A DNA stretch of 64,000 nucleotides from assembly GCA_035063585.1 (NCBI GenBank), contig JAPSGB010000021.1, forward strand, positions 1 to 64,000, read 5' to 3'. The translations under genes were made by a program, and so were the position numbers. Shown piece by piece: positions 49,166 through 58,610 of this stretch (within the stretch, counting starts at the first letter, position 1; each line of letters begins with the position of its first letter). The stretch comes from Polyangiaceae bacterium (lineage in GTDB: Bacteria; Myxococcota_A; Polyangia; Polyangiales; Polyangiaceae). The notes beneath the pieces were generated by a model that was given only the letters and a program-made list of their open reading frames with translations, was not told the DNA's origin and ran no database searches.

Positions 49166-50623
49166 TCAGCGCCCGAGCCCGCTGAGCGGCGGCGGAACCC
49201 AGCCGCCGAGCGCGCGCTCGAGCTCGCGGGCGATGGCGAGCGTCACGTGATCATTGCCGCGGCGCGACGCGACCTGCACCCCGAGCGGGAGCCCGGCGTC
49301 GTTCAGCCCGAGGGGCACCTGCGTCGAGGGCAGCTCGAGCACGTTCATGATGCCCAGGTAGGCCCAGGGCATGTGCAGGCGGAGCGCCTGCCGTACCGGC
49401 TCGCCGTGCCGCGGAGCAGGCGAGCTGTGCGAGGGATAGAGGAGCGCGCCGCCTTCGCCGAGCGCTTCGGAGAGCTCGGCGTAAAGTCCGCGGCCGAGCT
49501 CGACCAGCCGCCGCGCCGACTCGGGGAACAGCTTCGGTAGCGGCTCGATCAGCGCGAGCGCGGTCGCCATGAGGGTGTGCTCGCTCTTGCCGACCGCGAG
49601 CTTCAGCAGCTCGCGGAGCGGTCGGATGGGGGTTCCCTCCCCGAGCAGCGCGCGAAAGGGAGTCTCGCTCGCCGCGCCCATCATCGCGGACCAGATGTCG
49701 AACTGGCGCTCGAGCGCGGGAAACTGCATTTCTCGCACCCGCATGCCGCGGCGCTCGAGCGCGTCGAGGGCGCGCCGCTGCGCGCGCTTCAAATCGGCGC
49801 TCACCGGGATGGCGCCGTTCCCCTCGATCTGAAGCAGCGTGCGCCCCTCGAGCCGCACCGCGGCCGGATCCCCGAGTGGTATCTCGAGGCAGCCGGCCTC
49901 GACACCGTCCGGGCCGGCGAGGAGCCCGAGCAGCAGCGAAAGATCCTCGGCGCGCCGCGCCAGCGGCCCGGTCGTGCAGTAGCGCTCTCCCTCGTTCTCG
50001 GCGAGCGGGAACTGCCCGGTGTTCGGGACGAGCCCGCCGGTCGGCTTGTGGCCGAACACGCCGTTGAAGAAGGCCGGCCCGCGGATCGAGCCGCCGACGT
50101 CGGAGCCCAGGCCGAAGGGCGACGCGCCGGCGCCGATGATGGCGCCCTCGCCGCCCGAGCTGCCGCCCGCGATCCGGCTCGCGTCGTAGGGATTCCGGGT
50201 TCGGCCGTAGACGAAATTATTCGACTCCATCCACATGCAGAGCTCACTCGTATTGGTGACGCCGAGCGGGATGGCGCCCGCCGCGCGCAGGCGCCGAACC
50301 GCGGTGGCGTCCTCGCCCGCCACCACGTGGCGTCGCTGCACGAGCCCCGCCGACTGCGGCATGCCGGTGAGCGCGAAGCACTCCTTCACGGTGCAGGGCA
50401 CGCCGTGGAGCGGCGGTAGCTCGCCTCCCGCGCGCCGTCGCTCGTCCGCCGCGTCGGCCTCGCATCGCGCCGCTCCGAAACGCTCGCGCACCACCGCGTT
50501 GATGCGCGGATTCACCCGCTCGATCTGCTCGATGTGCTGCTCGACGGCCTCTCGTGAGGTGAGCGTTCCTTCGCGGATGGCGCGCGCGATGGCGGTGGCG
50601 GAGAGGAGCCGGGTGTCGAGCAT
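49166..50623 (-). CDS. Amidase-signature enzyme (fatty acid amide hydrolase 2-like)
   Basis: GVPCTVKE, TNTSELC, GGSSGGEG, GSDVGGSIR and GLPLGVQ. Confidence 0.9.
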   Translation of the reverse strand: MLDTRLLSATAIARAIREGTLTSREAVEQHIEQIERVNPRINAVVRERFGAARCEADAADERRRAGGELPPLHGVPCTVKECFALTGMPQSAGLVQRRHVVAGEDATAVRRLRAAGAIPLGVTNTSELCMWMESNNFVYGRTRNPYDASRIAGGSSGGEGAIIGAGASPFGLGSDVGGSIRGPAFFNGVFGHKPTGGLVPNTGQFPLAENEGERYCTTGPLARRAEDLSLLLGLLAGPDGVEAGCLEIPLGDPAAVRLEGRTLLQIEGNGAIPVSADLKRAQRRALDALERRGMRVREMQFPALERQFDIWSAMMGAASETPFRALLGEGTPIRPLRELLKLAVGKSEHTLMATALALIEPLPKLFPESARRLVELGRGLYAELSEALGEGGALLYPSHSSPAPRHGEPVRQALRLHMPWAYLGIMNVLELPSTQVPLGLNDAGLPLGVQVASRRGNDHVTLAIARELERALGGWVPPPLSGLGR

Positions 50624-50713
50624 CGTCCCGACGTCTTAGCCCGCGCCGGGCTCAGGGTCACCCGGGCGGCGCGCCCCGCGGTTCCGCGCCGGACCGACCC
50701 ACCCGAGCCCGGC

Positions 50714-52558
50714 TCACTCGAGCGGGACCTCGAGCCCGACCAGTCGCATGAGTCGGAGCGCGTTGCCGGCGACGACTGGTCCCGGGCGGAGCTTGTAGTC
50801 GAAGGTCATCCGACCATCCGACACCTGCTCGCGAAAATGCACCAGCGTCACGCGCTCCATCAGCGGCGCGGGGAGCTCGGCGAGGCCCATGTCATGGGTG
50901 GACGCGGCGCCCGTCGCGCCGCGCTCGAGGAGCTCTCGGAGCACCCAGCGCGCTCCGATCTGACGCTCGCGTGAGTTCGTTCCATGCAAGACCTCGTCGA
51001 GCAGGAAGAGCACCGGATCGTCGCCCGCGGTCGCGTCGAGCACCGCCTTCAGCTTGGCGACCTCGGCGTAGAAATGGCTGACGCCGCCGCCGAGCGAGTC
51101 GCTCACCCGGATGCTGGTGCGGACCGCGAAGTGCGCCACCCGAAAGCGACGCGCGCACACCGGCGCGCCGGCGAGGGCCATCACGGTCGCGAGCCCCATC
51201 GCGCGGAGCATGGTGCTCTTGCCGCTCATGTTGGAGCCGGTGACGAGGAGCGCGGTGCCCGGCAGCGAGAGCGAGACGTCATTCGACACGCGCGCCTCGT
51301 CGGCGATGAGCGGGTGGCCGAGCGCCTCGGCCTCGAAGCACGCGGGGCCGAGGGTCAGCTCGGGCATCACGAACGAGGGCTCGTCGCGGAGGAGCCCGGC
51401 CAGCGACGAGAGCGCCTCGAAGCGGCCGAGCGCCTCGAACCACCCGCGCGCGGCACGCCCGGAGGTGAGCTGCCAGCGCTCGAGCGCGAGCGTGCAATTC
51501 AGATCCCAAAGGAAGATCGCGTTGATGAACGGGTGCACGAGGCCGTTGTGACGAACGTCGTACCAGCCGACCAGGCTCCGAAACGCCTTCATGCTCGCCG
51601 AGGGCCGCACCGGGCCCGAGATGAGGCGCTCGCGAAGCAAAGACAGCGCCGGCGCCTGGACATCGACCTGCTCGAGCAACTCGAGCATCGCGCCGTATCG
51701 GAGGAACGCGCCCTCGGTGGATGACACCGCGAGGAACACCCGCGTCGTCTCCTCGCGCGTCTTGAAAGCGAGCAGGAGCTGCACGATGAGCGGCGCGCCC
51801 CAGAGCGCCGCGGGCAGCCCGAACCCGGCCGCGATCATCCCGCCGATGGTGAGCACCGGTAGGAGCCGCGCCGCCCAGATGAGGAGCGCGTTCTTGGTGA
51901 GCTCGGGCTCGGCTTCGGCCCAACGGAGGAGCGGCTCGGGATCGGGGGGCTCGCTCGCGCGCCGCTCCGGGCGGCCGCCATCGGCGTCGACCACGGCCAG
52001 CGCGAGCGCTTCGAGTCGCTGGCGGAGCTCGAGCTCGGGCGCGAGCGCGCGGGCCGCCTCCTGTCGCTCGCGGATCTCCGCGACCGGAGCCGGCGCGCGG
52101 AGCCAGTCCGCGAGCGTCTGCTCTCCGAAGCGGGTGTGCGCCACCGAGAGGCGCTGAAAGAGCGAGCCCGGTCCGAAGACGTCGAGATCGTCCGAATACG
52201 GATGCCTCGCGTCGGCGAAACGCGCGCCGGTCGCGGGGAGCTCGCGGAAGCGTCCGTGCGCGCGCGCGTCGGCGAATCGGTTCACCCGCGCCGAGCGGAG
52301 CGCCGCGTCCTCCGCTTCGATGACCCGCGCGTGCCACACGACGAGCGCGATGAACGCGACGGCCGCCGCTGCGCTCGCGAGCGCGGCGACCAGCGGTGCC
52401 TGACCGAAGATGGCGAAGAGCGCGGAGACCACCGCGAGACCGAAGGCGAGCCCACGTAGGTTCGACACCAGGCGCGAGCGCGCGCCGTGCGCCTCGGCGA
52501 TCCGGGAGTATCGCTCGGCGCGCGTGAGATAGGAGTCGTCGGTCACGAGCGGCCTCAA
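50714..52558 (-). CDS. Membrane-anchored MutS-like ATPase (MutS domain V family)
   Basis: TM helices; DLDVFG, TGSNMSGKST, SHFYAE, LLDEVLHGTN, STHD and FDYKL. Confidence 0.88.
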   Translation of the reverse strand: MRPLVTDDSYLTRAERYSRIAEAHGARSRLVSNLRGLAFGLAVVSALFAIFGQAPLVAALASAAAAVAFIALVVWHARVIEAEDAALRSARVNRFADARAHGRFRELPATGARFADARHPYSDDLDVFGPGSLFQRLSVAHTRFGEQTLADWLRAPAPVAEIRERQEAARALAPELELRQRLEALALAVVDADGGRPERRASEPPDPEPLLRWAEAEPELTKNALLIWAARLLPVLTIGGMIAAGFGLPAALWGAPLIVQLLLAFKTREETTRVFLAVSSTEGAFLRYGAMLELLEQVDVQAPALSLLRERLISGPVRPSASMKAFRSLVGWYDVRHNGLVHPFINAIFLWDLNCTLALERWQLTSGRAARGWFEALGRFEALSSLAGLLRDEPSFVMPELTLGPACFEAEALGHPLIADEARVSNDVSLSLPGTALLVTGSNMSGKSTMLRAMGLATVMALAGAPVCARRFRVAHFAVRTSIRVSDSLGGGVSHFYAEVAKLKAVLDATAGDDPVLFLLDEVLHGTNSRERQIGARWVLRELLERGATGAASTHDMGLAELPAPLMERVTLVHFREQVSDGRMTFDYKLRPGPVVAGNALRLMRLVGLEVPLE

Positions 52559-53607
52559 CGGATGAGAGAGGTGACGAGGTCGCCGATGCGATCGAGCGGC
52601 GCGACGTCATCGACGACGCCGAGTTCCACCGCCGCCTTGGGCATTCCATAGACGGTGCAGGTCTCGCTGCTCTGCGCCACGGTGCGAGCGCCGGCCGCCC
52701 TCATGGCGGCGAGACCGAGCGCGCCGTCGCGCCCCATGCCCGTGAGCACCACGCCGACCGCGCGCGCGCCGAACGCCAGGGCCGCGCCCTTCAGCGTGAC
52801 GTCGGCCGCAGGGCGCACTCCATGCACGAGCGGCGAGTCGGAGAGCGAGATCCGGCCGCTCCGCTCGATGACGAGGTGGCGGTCGCCCGGCGCGACCAGG
52901 GCCCGTCCGGGCTCGAGCGCGTCGCCCGCTCGGGCCTCGCGGACCGGAAACCGTGCCTTCTCGGCGAGCTGCTCGGCGAGCGCGGCGGTGTAACCCGCCG
53001 GCATGTGCTGCACGATCACGAGCGCCGCCCCGCGGAGCTCGAGGCGCGGTAGCACGCGGACCAGCGCCGCCGGGCCTCCCGTCGAGCTCGCGATGACCAC
53101 CAGCCGCAGGCCGGGCGGCATCGCGCGCGGAGCCGCGCGGAGGCGCTTCGACGCGGGCTCGCTCGGCGGCCCCGCGCTCGCCGCCGTCGGCGCGGGGAGC
53201 ACGCGCGCGCCGGCTGCCAGCGCGAGCTTCGCGAGGAGCGCCTCCTTGATGCTCGAGAGGTTTGCGCTCACTTCACCGTCGGGCTTCTCCACGAAGTCGA
53301 CCGCCCCGGCCGCCAGCGCCTCCACCGTGGCGGTGGCGCCGTCGCTGGTGTGAGCGCTCAGCATCACGATGGGCACCGCCCGCGCGGCGAGGATGGCGCG
53401 AGTCGCCTCCGCCCCGTTCAGCTCGGGCATGTTGAAATCCATGGTGATGAGGTCCGGCCGGAGCTTGGCGGCGAGCGCGACGGCCTCGCGACCGTCGCGT
53501 GCCTGACCGGCCACCACGAACCTCGAGTCGCTCTCGATGACACGCGCGACCGCGCCGCGCATGAACGCCGAGTCGTCGACCACCAGGACTCGGAGCGCGC
53601 CCGTCAC
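52555..53607 (-). CDS. cheB: Chemotaxis response regulator / methylesterase CheB
   Basis: REC: VVDDS, TMDFNMP, EKP. Esterase: ASSTGG, VQHM, LTGMGRDG, YGMP. Confidence 0.93.
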   Translation of the reverse strand: MTGALRVLVVDDSAFMRGAVARVIESDSRFVVAGQARDGREAVALAAKLRPDLITMDFNMPELNGAEATRAILAARAVPIVMLSAHTSDGATATVEALAAGAVDFVEKPDGEVSANLSSIKEALLAKLALAAGARVLPAPTAASAGPPSEPASKRLRAAPRAMPPGLRLVVIASSTGGPAALVRVLPRLELRGAALVIVQHMPAGYTAALAEQLAEKARFPVREARAGDALEPGRALVAPGDRHLVIERSGRISLSDSPLVHGVRPAADVTLKGAALAFGARAVGVVLTGMGRDGALGLAAMRAAGARTVAQSSETCTVYGMPKAAVELGVVDDVAPLDRIGDLVTSLIR

Positions 53608-54251
53608 TTGCGCCTGCTGAACTTGACGACGACGCTCGCACCCACCATGGGCGCCGCCGGCGTCCCGACGTAGCGGCGATCGATCACGTCTGCGATGCAG
53701 TGCGCGCCCTCGGCCGAGACGCTCCGGCTGCGCGCGACGCTCACGCCCTCCGCCCGCCCGCGCGAACGTACCAGGAAGCGGATGGTGACCTCGCCGGTCG
53801 GCGCCGAGAGCCCGCCGTTCTTCTTCACGCACTCGGCGTAGCGGTCCTTCGGCACCCCGAGCTTCTTCTCGGCTTGCGGCAGCGACCCCTCGTCGGCCGT
53901 CACCGGCCCGACCTGCACCTCGAGCTCGGCTTGCTCTGGGGTCGGGGCGGCGCGGCCGGCGTCCGGCTCGCCGGCGCTCGCAGGCGGCGCTGGCGCGGCG
54001 GATGGCGCCGGCGCGGCAGGTGGCGCTCCGCCGTCGCCGCGCCGCTCGAGCCACTCGGCCTCCGCGCGGGTGATGCAGCGGCTCATCATGCCCTTGCCGT
54101 TCGCGAGGCGTCCCCAGCTGCAGACCGGATCATAGGGATACCGGCTCGCTTCCCCCGGAGAGTCGGCCAGGCTGCTCGCAGCCAGCACCGCGATGGTCGT
54201 CGCGACGCCCGCCGCAGCGACGAAGAGCTTCATCTTGCCTCGCGCTAACAT
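53604..54251 (-). CDS. Exported protein with Pro linker and TonB-C/AgmX-like C-terminal domain
   Basis: Signal peptide, Pro/Ala linker, YAEC...GEVTIRFLV...HCIADV. Confidence 0.6.
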   Translation of the reverse strand: MLARGKMKLFVAAAGVATTIAVLAASSLADSPGEASRYPYDPVCSWGRLANGKGMMSRCITRAEAEWLERRGDGGAPPAAPAPSAAPAPPASAGEPDAGRAAPTPEQAELEVQVGPVTADEGSLPQAEKKLGVPKDRYAECVKKNGGLSAPTGEVTIRFLVRSRGRAEGVSVARSRSVSAEGAHCIADVIDRRYVGTPAAPMVGASVVVKFSRRK

Positions 54252-56008
54252 GTTTGATCCTTGAACCCCAACAGTGAAAATGCGCTCACGGGTTGGTCGA
54301 TCCCCTTCAGGGTGATGCCGGTGATTTCCTCCACCACCACGTGCTCCTTCACTCGCGCGAAGGTGTCCGCCGACAGGAGGACCCCGCCGAGCGGGCACTT
54401 CGACTCGTGACGCTGCGCCCGATTTACCACGTCGCCGATGCAAGTGTAGTCCCGGCGGACGTGGCGAGAGCCGATGTCGCCGCGGACCACGACGCCGCTA
54501 TTCATCCCGATCCGCATGACCAGGGGTGTCTCGCGCGTGGCGTTGAAGGCGTCGAGCGCGCGCTGCATGCCCCACGCGGCCCGGGTCGCGCGGAGCGCGT
54601 GCGGCTCGTCGAAATCCGGGCGAGCCTCGAATACGGCCATGATGGCGTCGCCGATGAACTTGTCGATGTCACCGCCCTGGTTCTTGATGACCACGCAGAG
54701 CTCGTCGAACGCGCCGTTCAGGATGGCGACGACCTCGCCCGGGCTCATCTTGGAGCTCATGCTGGTGAAACCGGAGACGTCGCTGAAGAGCAGCGTCGCG
54801 TCCGTCTCCTTGGCGCGGACCTCCCCGAGGTGGCCGCTCGCGGAGAGCTCCTCCGCGGCCTTCACCGCGCCCTCGCTGATGTAGAGGCGCGACGCCTCCT
54901 TGTATCGAGCCAGGCGCTGCTCGGCGAGGACGCGTTCGACGATGGCGATGCACTTGTCGGTGCCGAACGGCTTGACGAGGTAGCTGGTGAGCCCGGCGGC
55001 GCGCATCTGCGCCTGGTCGCGCCTCGACTCACGCGCGGTGAGCATCACGATGGGCACGTCGCGCGTGGTGAGCTCGCGCCTGAGCGCCAAGGTCAGCTCG
55101 AAGCCGGTCATGCGAGGCATGTCGTAGTCGGTGAGCACGATGTCTGGCGGCGCAGCGAGGGCCTTGCCGACCCCATCGCGTCCGTCGACCGCGGTCTCGA
55201 CGCGGAAGCCCTGCCGACGGAGGCAGTCGGCGACGAGATGTCGTATCGCCGCCGAGTCATCGACGACGAGCACCCGCTCGCGCAGGCTCACCATGCGCGT
55301 GGCGAGGAGCGCGTGAAGACGACTGATGAGCTCCTCCGGCACCACAGGCTTCACGAGGTAGTCGTCGGCGCCGCAGTCGAAGCCGCGCTCGAGATCGCTC
55401 GCCTCGCCGAGCGAGGAGCAGATGACGACCGGGATGCTCGCGAGCTCGTCGTCCTCCTTTACCGCCCGGCAGAGGGAGAAGCCGTCCAGCTTCGGCATCT
55501 CGACGTCGGTGAGCAGGAGATCCGGGCGGCTCGCACGGAGCTTCGCCAGCGCTGCCTCGCCGTCCCACGCCTCCTCGACGTCATAGCCGGCGCCGATGAG
55601 GATCGGCACCGTGTGTTTGTGGATGAGCTCGCTGTCGTCGGCGAGGAGCACTCGCAGGCGCCCGCGGCTCGAGTCTTCGATGGCGGCGAGCAGCTCGCTC
55701 GCCTGGAACGGGAGTTGGATGGCGCGGAAGAATCCCGCGCGTCGCGCCTCCTCGCAGGTGGTGACGTCGAGTCCGAGATAGACGGCGCGCTCGACGTCGA
55801 GGCCCGTGCCGCGCGCGCGAGTGAGGGCCTGGGTCGCCGAGACCCCGCCGACCACCGGCGCGAAGAGCACCACCGAGGGGGCCACCTCGCACTGCTCGAG
55901 GAGCGCCGGGAGGTCCGGCGCGACCGCGAGCCGGTGCCCGGCCGGCTCGAGGGCGCGAGCGATGAACTGTCCGAGGACGCCGGGCGGCGTCACGAGCCCG
56001 ACCTGCAT
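54245..56008 (-). CDS. Class III adenylate cyclase with three receiver domains (first degenerate)
   Basis: REC2 LADD/LTDVEMP/KP; REC3 VDD/LTDYDMP/KP; cyclase FSDVSGFT, DKFIGDA, RIGMNSG and RDYTCIGDVVNRAQR. Confidence 0.9.
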   Translation of the reverse strand: MQVGLVTPPGVLGQFIARALEPAGHRLAVAPDLPALLEQCEVAPSVVLFAPVVGGVSATQALTRARGTGLDVERAVYLGLDVTTCEEARRAGFFRAIQLPFQASELLAAIEDSSRGRLRVLLADDSELIHKHTVPILIGAGYDVEEAWDGEAALAKLRASRPDLLLTDVEMPKLDGFSLCRAVKEDDELASIPVVICSSLGEASDLERGFDCGADDYLVKPVVPEELISRLHALLATRMVSLRERVLVVDDSAAIRHLVADCLRRQGFRVETAVDGRDGVGKALAAPPDIVLTDYDMPRMTGFELTLALRRELTTRDVPIVMLTARESRRDQAQMRAAGLTSYLVKPFGTDKCIAIVERVLAEQRLARYKEASRLYISEGAVKAAEELSASGHLGEVRAKETDATLLFSDVSGFTSMSSKMSPGEVVAILNGAFDELCVVIKNQGGDIDKFIGDAIMAVFEARPDFDEPHALRATRAAWGMQRALDAFNATRETPLVMRIGMNSGVVVRGDIGSRHVRRDYTCIGDVVNRAQRHESKCPLGGVLLSADTFARVKEHVVVEEITGITLKGIDQPVSAFSLLGFKDQTC

Positions 56009-56284
56009 GACCGCGAGAGCGTAGCGCGAGCCCGGCCCACTCCCAGAGCGAATCGTGGGCGCGCGCCGCTTCGCGGGATTCCGGTGCCCGCGTCGCGGCC
56101 GGCCGGCGCGGCGCCGGGTGGTGTGCGCCGCGCGAGGGCGGTTTTCCGCGCCGGACCGACATCAGGCCCTCGGGGCCGCGGGTACCCGCCCTGGCGGCTT
56201 CCGAGGCGAGCGGCTCGGTGGCGCGGCGAGGGAGAGTGTCATCGCTTCGGCGCTGTGGGATAGTCGAAGAACGGAGGACTCAAC

Positions 56285-57379
56285 ATGATCGCGACGCGAT
56301 GGTTCGGGGCGCTCCTGCTCGCGGCGGGAGTCGGGGTGGCGAGCTGCAGCTCGTCGAGCGACGGTGGAGGTAGCGGTCCGGTGCCGCTCGAAGAGCTCCC
56401 GCATGGTCTGGCGACGTCCATATGCGGGCTCATGCAGCAGTGCTTTGGCGACGTGTACGAGGTGTTCATGCGCGGTCAGGACTGCGTCACGCTGACCGAG
56501 CGCCAACTCGCCCAGCAGAGCTTGTCGGTCATCGGCACCTTCATCGACGACGGCACCGTTCAGTATCATGGCGACCAGGTGAAGGGCTGCCTCTCCGCCA
56601 TCACCGCGAGAGGGTGTAGCCTGTTCGCCGAGCGGCTCCCGAGCGAGTGCGAGGGGGTCTTCGTGGGCAGCGTTGCCGTGGGTGGCGACTGCACCATCAC
56701 CGAGGAGTGCGTGCCCGGCAGCGTCTGCCTCATCACGGGCGGAACCTGCCCGGGCAAGTGCTCGCCCCGCGTCGCCGCGGGCGCTGCCTGCTCCGAGGAC
56801 TCCGAGTGCGTGAGCGGCCTCAACTGTCAGAAGGGCCGGTGCGTCGCCCCGGCCGCGCAGGGTGAGGCTTGCGGGGGCGCGGCGCCGGCGTGCTTGGGAG
56901 GGCTCTTCTGCGCGGGCGAGGATGAAGACAAGGGGGTCTCGGGGACCTGCGCGCCGCTCGACACCGTGTTCGGAGCGGCGCGCGGTGAGTCGTGCGATGC
57001 GACGGCCGGCAAGCTGTGCGCGCCCGGGAGCTCCTGTCAGGTGTCGATCGAGAATCAGAGCGTGACGTGGACCTGCGTCGCGCCGGTGACCTCGGGCGCG
57101 GCGTGCAAGCTCGCGTTCCCCGACACGTGCCCGATCGACGAGTATTGCCGGATCGCGGCCGGTGCGAACCCGCCGATCGAGGGGAGCTGCGCGAAGCTTC
57201 CGGGGGTGGGGGAGGACTGCTCCGAGTCGAAGGTGTGCCAGCCCTACATGGCGTGCGACGCATCGACCAAGAAGTGCGTAGCCCTCACGGACGACGGCGG
57301 GAGCTGCACGAGTGACGACTCCTGCTACAGCAAGCACTGCGTGAATGGGAAGTGCCGAGCGGGACTCTGCACGAACTGA
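56285..57379 (+). CDS. Cys-rich lipoprotein (Dickkopf-like repeats)
   Basis: Lipobox VASC; dense GxxC..C..C..C repeats; GGAGG SD. Confidence 0.8.
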   Translation: MIATRWFGALLLAAGVGVASCSSSSDGGGSGPVPLEELPHGLATSICGLMQQCFGDVYEVFMRGQDCVTLTERQLAQQSLSVIGTFIDDGTVQYHGDQVKGCLSAITARGCSLFAERLPSECEGVFVGSVAVGGDCTITEECVPGSVCLITGGTCPGKCSPRVAAGAACSEDSECVSGLNCQKGRCVAPAAQGEACGGAAPACLGGLFCAGEDEDKGVSGTCAPLDTVFGAARGESCDATAGKLCAPGSSCQVSIENQSVTWTCVAPVTSGAACKLAFPDTCPIDEYCRIAAGANPPIEGSCAKLPGVGEDCSESKVCQPYMACDASTKKCVALTDDGGSCTSDDSCYSKHCVNGKCRAGLCTN

Positions 57380-58602
57380 TCGGAGCGGCATCATCGGAGC
57401 CGCCGCTCCACGCGGCCGCCGAGGCGGTGCTCACGTTCCTCGAGAGCGTCGGGCGCCGCTCGGAGGCGGAGCTCTATCTCAAGCTCTTTCGTCAGCTTCC
57501 GAAGGAGAGCTTCGCCGTCATCGCGGCCGACGCAGGCGTCGTCCGTCACGCGCTCGGCTCGCTCACCGAGCAGCTGCGGTTCCTCGCGGACCTCGGGCTC
57601 TATGCTCCAGTGGTGCTCGGCCTGTTCGATCCGGACGCCGCCGAGCGCGGCGCCTCACGCCTGGCGCGACGTCTCCCCACGGTCGGGCTCGAGCCGTGTG
57701 TCCACGACGCGGACGCCGAGCAGGTGATCGCAGAGCTCCGCGAAGAGCTCCGCTCCGAGCGCGTGCCGCTCGTGCGGTTCCGGCCCAACCCCGGCGTGTC
57801 GCTGGCGTCCCGCTTCGCGCGGCTCGGTGCCATCACGCAGGCGCTCGACGCGCGCAAGCTCGTCCTCCTGCGCCGGCGCGGTGGCCTCGGTCCGCGCGGC
57901 GAGGGGAGGCTCGAGCTCCCCGGTGGGCTCGAGCTCGGTCGTCACTCTGGCGGGATCTCCCTCATCAACCTGCGCTCGGACTACGCCGTCATGCAGGACG
58001 CCAAGCTCCTCAAGAGGGACGAGGCGCTCCTGCTCGAGCGCTTGCGAGAGCTACTCCTCGACTCCGCGCCGCGTCTCCTGGTCAGCGTGACCTCGCCGCT
58101 CAATCTCTTGACGGAGCTCTTCACGGTGCGCGGTGCCGGCACGCTGGTGAAGGCTGGCGCGCCCATCGGTCGGTACGAGAGCTATGAGGAGGTCGATCGC
58201 GCGCGGCTCCGGGCGCTCCTCGAGTCGAGCTTCGGTCGGCGCCTGAGCGGCCAATTCTTCGAGCGGCGGCCGCTGGCGATCTACCTCGACGCGGACTACC
58301 GGGGAGCCGCCATCCTCGAGCCGTCCCCCGTGGGCGCGTTCCTGACCAAGTTCGCGGTCGAGCCCATCGCGCAGGGCGAGGGGCTCGCGCGCGATCTCTG
58401 GCAAGCGTTGACCCGTGAGCATCCCGCGGTCTTCTGGCGCGCCCGTCGCGACAACCCGATCAACGGCTGGTACACGTCGCTCGCAGACGGGATGGTGCGC
58501 GTCTCGGAGTGGCAGGTGTTCTGGCGCCGGCTCGACCCCGCCCAGGTGCCGGCCATCGTGGTCGAGGCCGAGGGGCGCCCGCGGGATTTCGAGCCGGGCT
58601 GA
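57352..58602 (+). CDS. Vertebrate-like N-acetylglutamate synthase (degenerate AAK + DUF619/NAT domain)
   Basis: ELFTVRGAGTL, LLESSFGR, YRGAAI, TKFAV...QGEG...DLW and WRARRDNPINGWY. Start uncertain. Confidence 0.78.
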   Translation: MPSGTLHELIGAASSEPPLHAAAEAVLTFLESVGRRSEAELYLKLFRQLPKESFAVIAADAGVVRHALGSLTEQLRFLADLGLYAPVVLGLFDPDAAERGASRLARRLPTVGLEPCVHDADAEQVIAELREELRSERVPLVRFRPNPGVSLASRFARLGAITQALDARKLVLLRRRGGLGPRGEGRLELPGGLELGRHSGGISLINLRSDYAVMQDAKLLKRDEALLLERLRELLLDSAPRLLVSVTSPLNLLTELFTVRGAGTLVKAGAPIGRYESYEEVDRARLRALLESSFGRRLSGQFFERRPLAIYLDADYRGAAILEPSPVGAFLTKFAVEPIAQGEGLARDLWQALTREHPAVFWRARRDNPINGWYTSLADGMVRVSEWQVFWRRLDPAQVPAIVVEAEGRPRDFEPG

Positions 58603-58610
58603 GCGCCGCC

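Noticed and set aside
50714..52558. Canonical mismatch-repair mutS
   Set aside because: It lacks the mismatch-binding domain and has TM helices, so it belongs to the MutS-like domain-V family.
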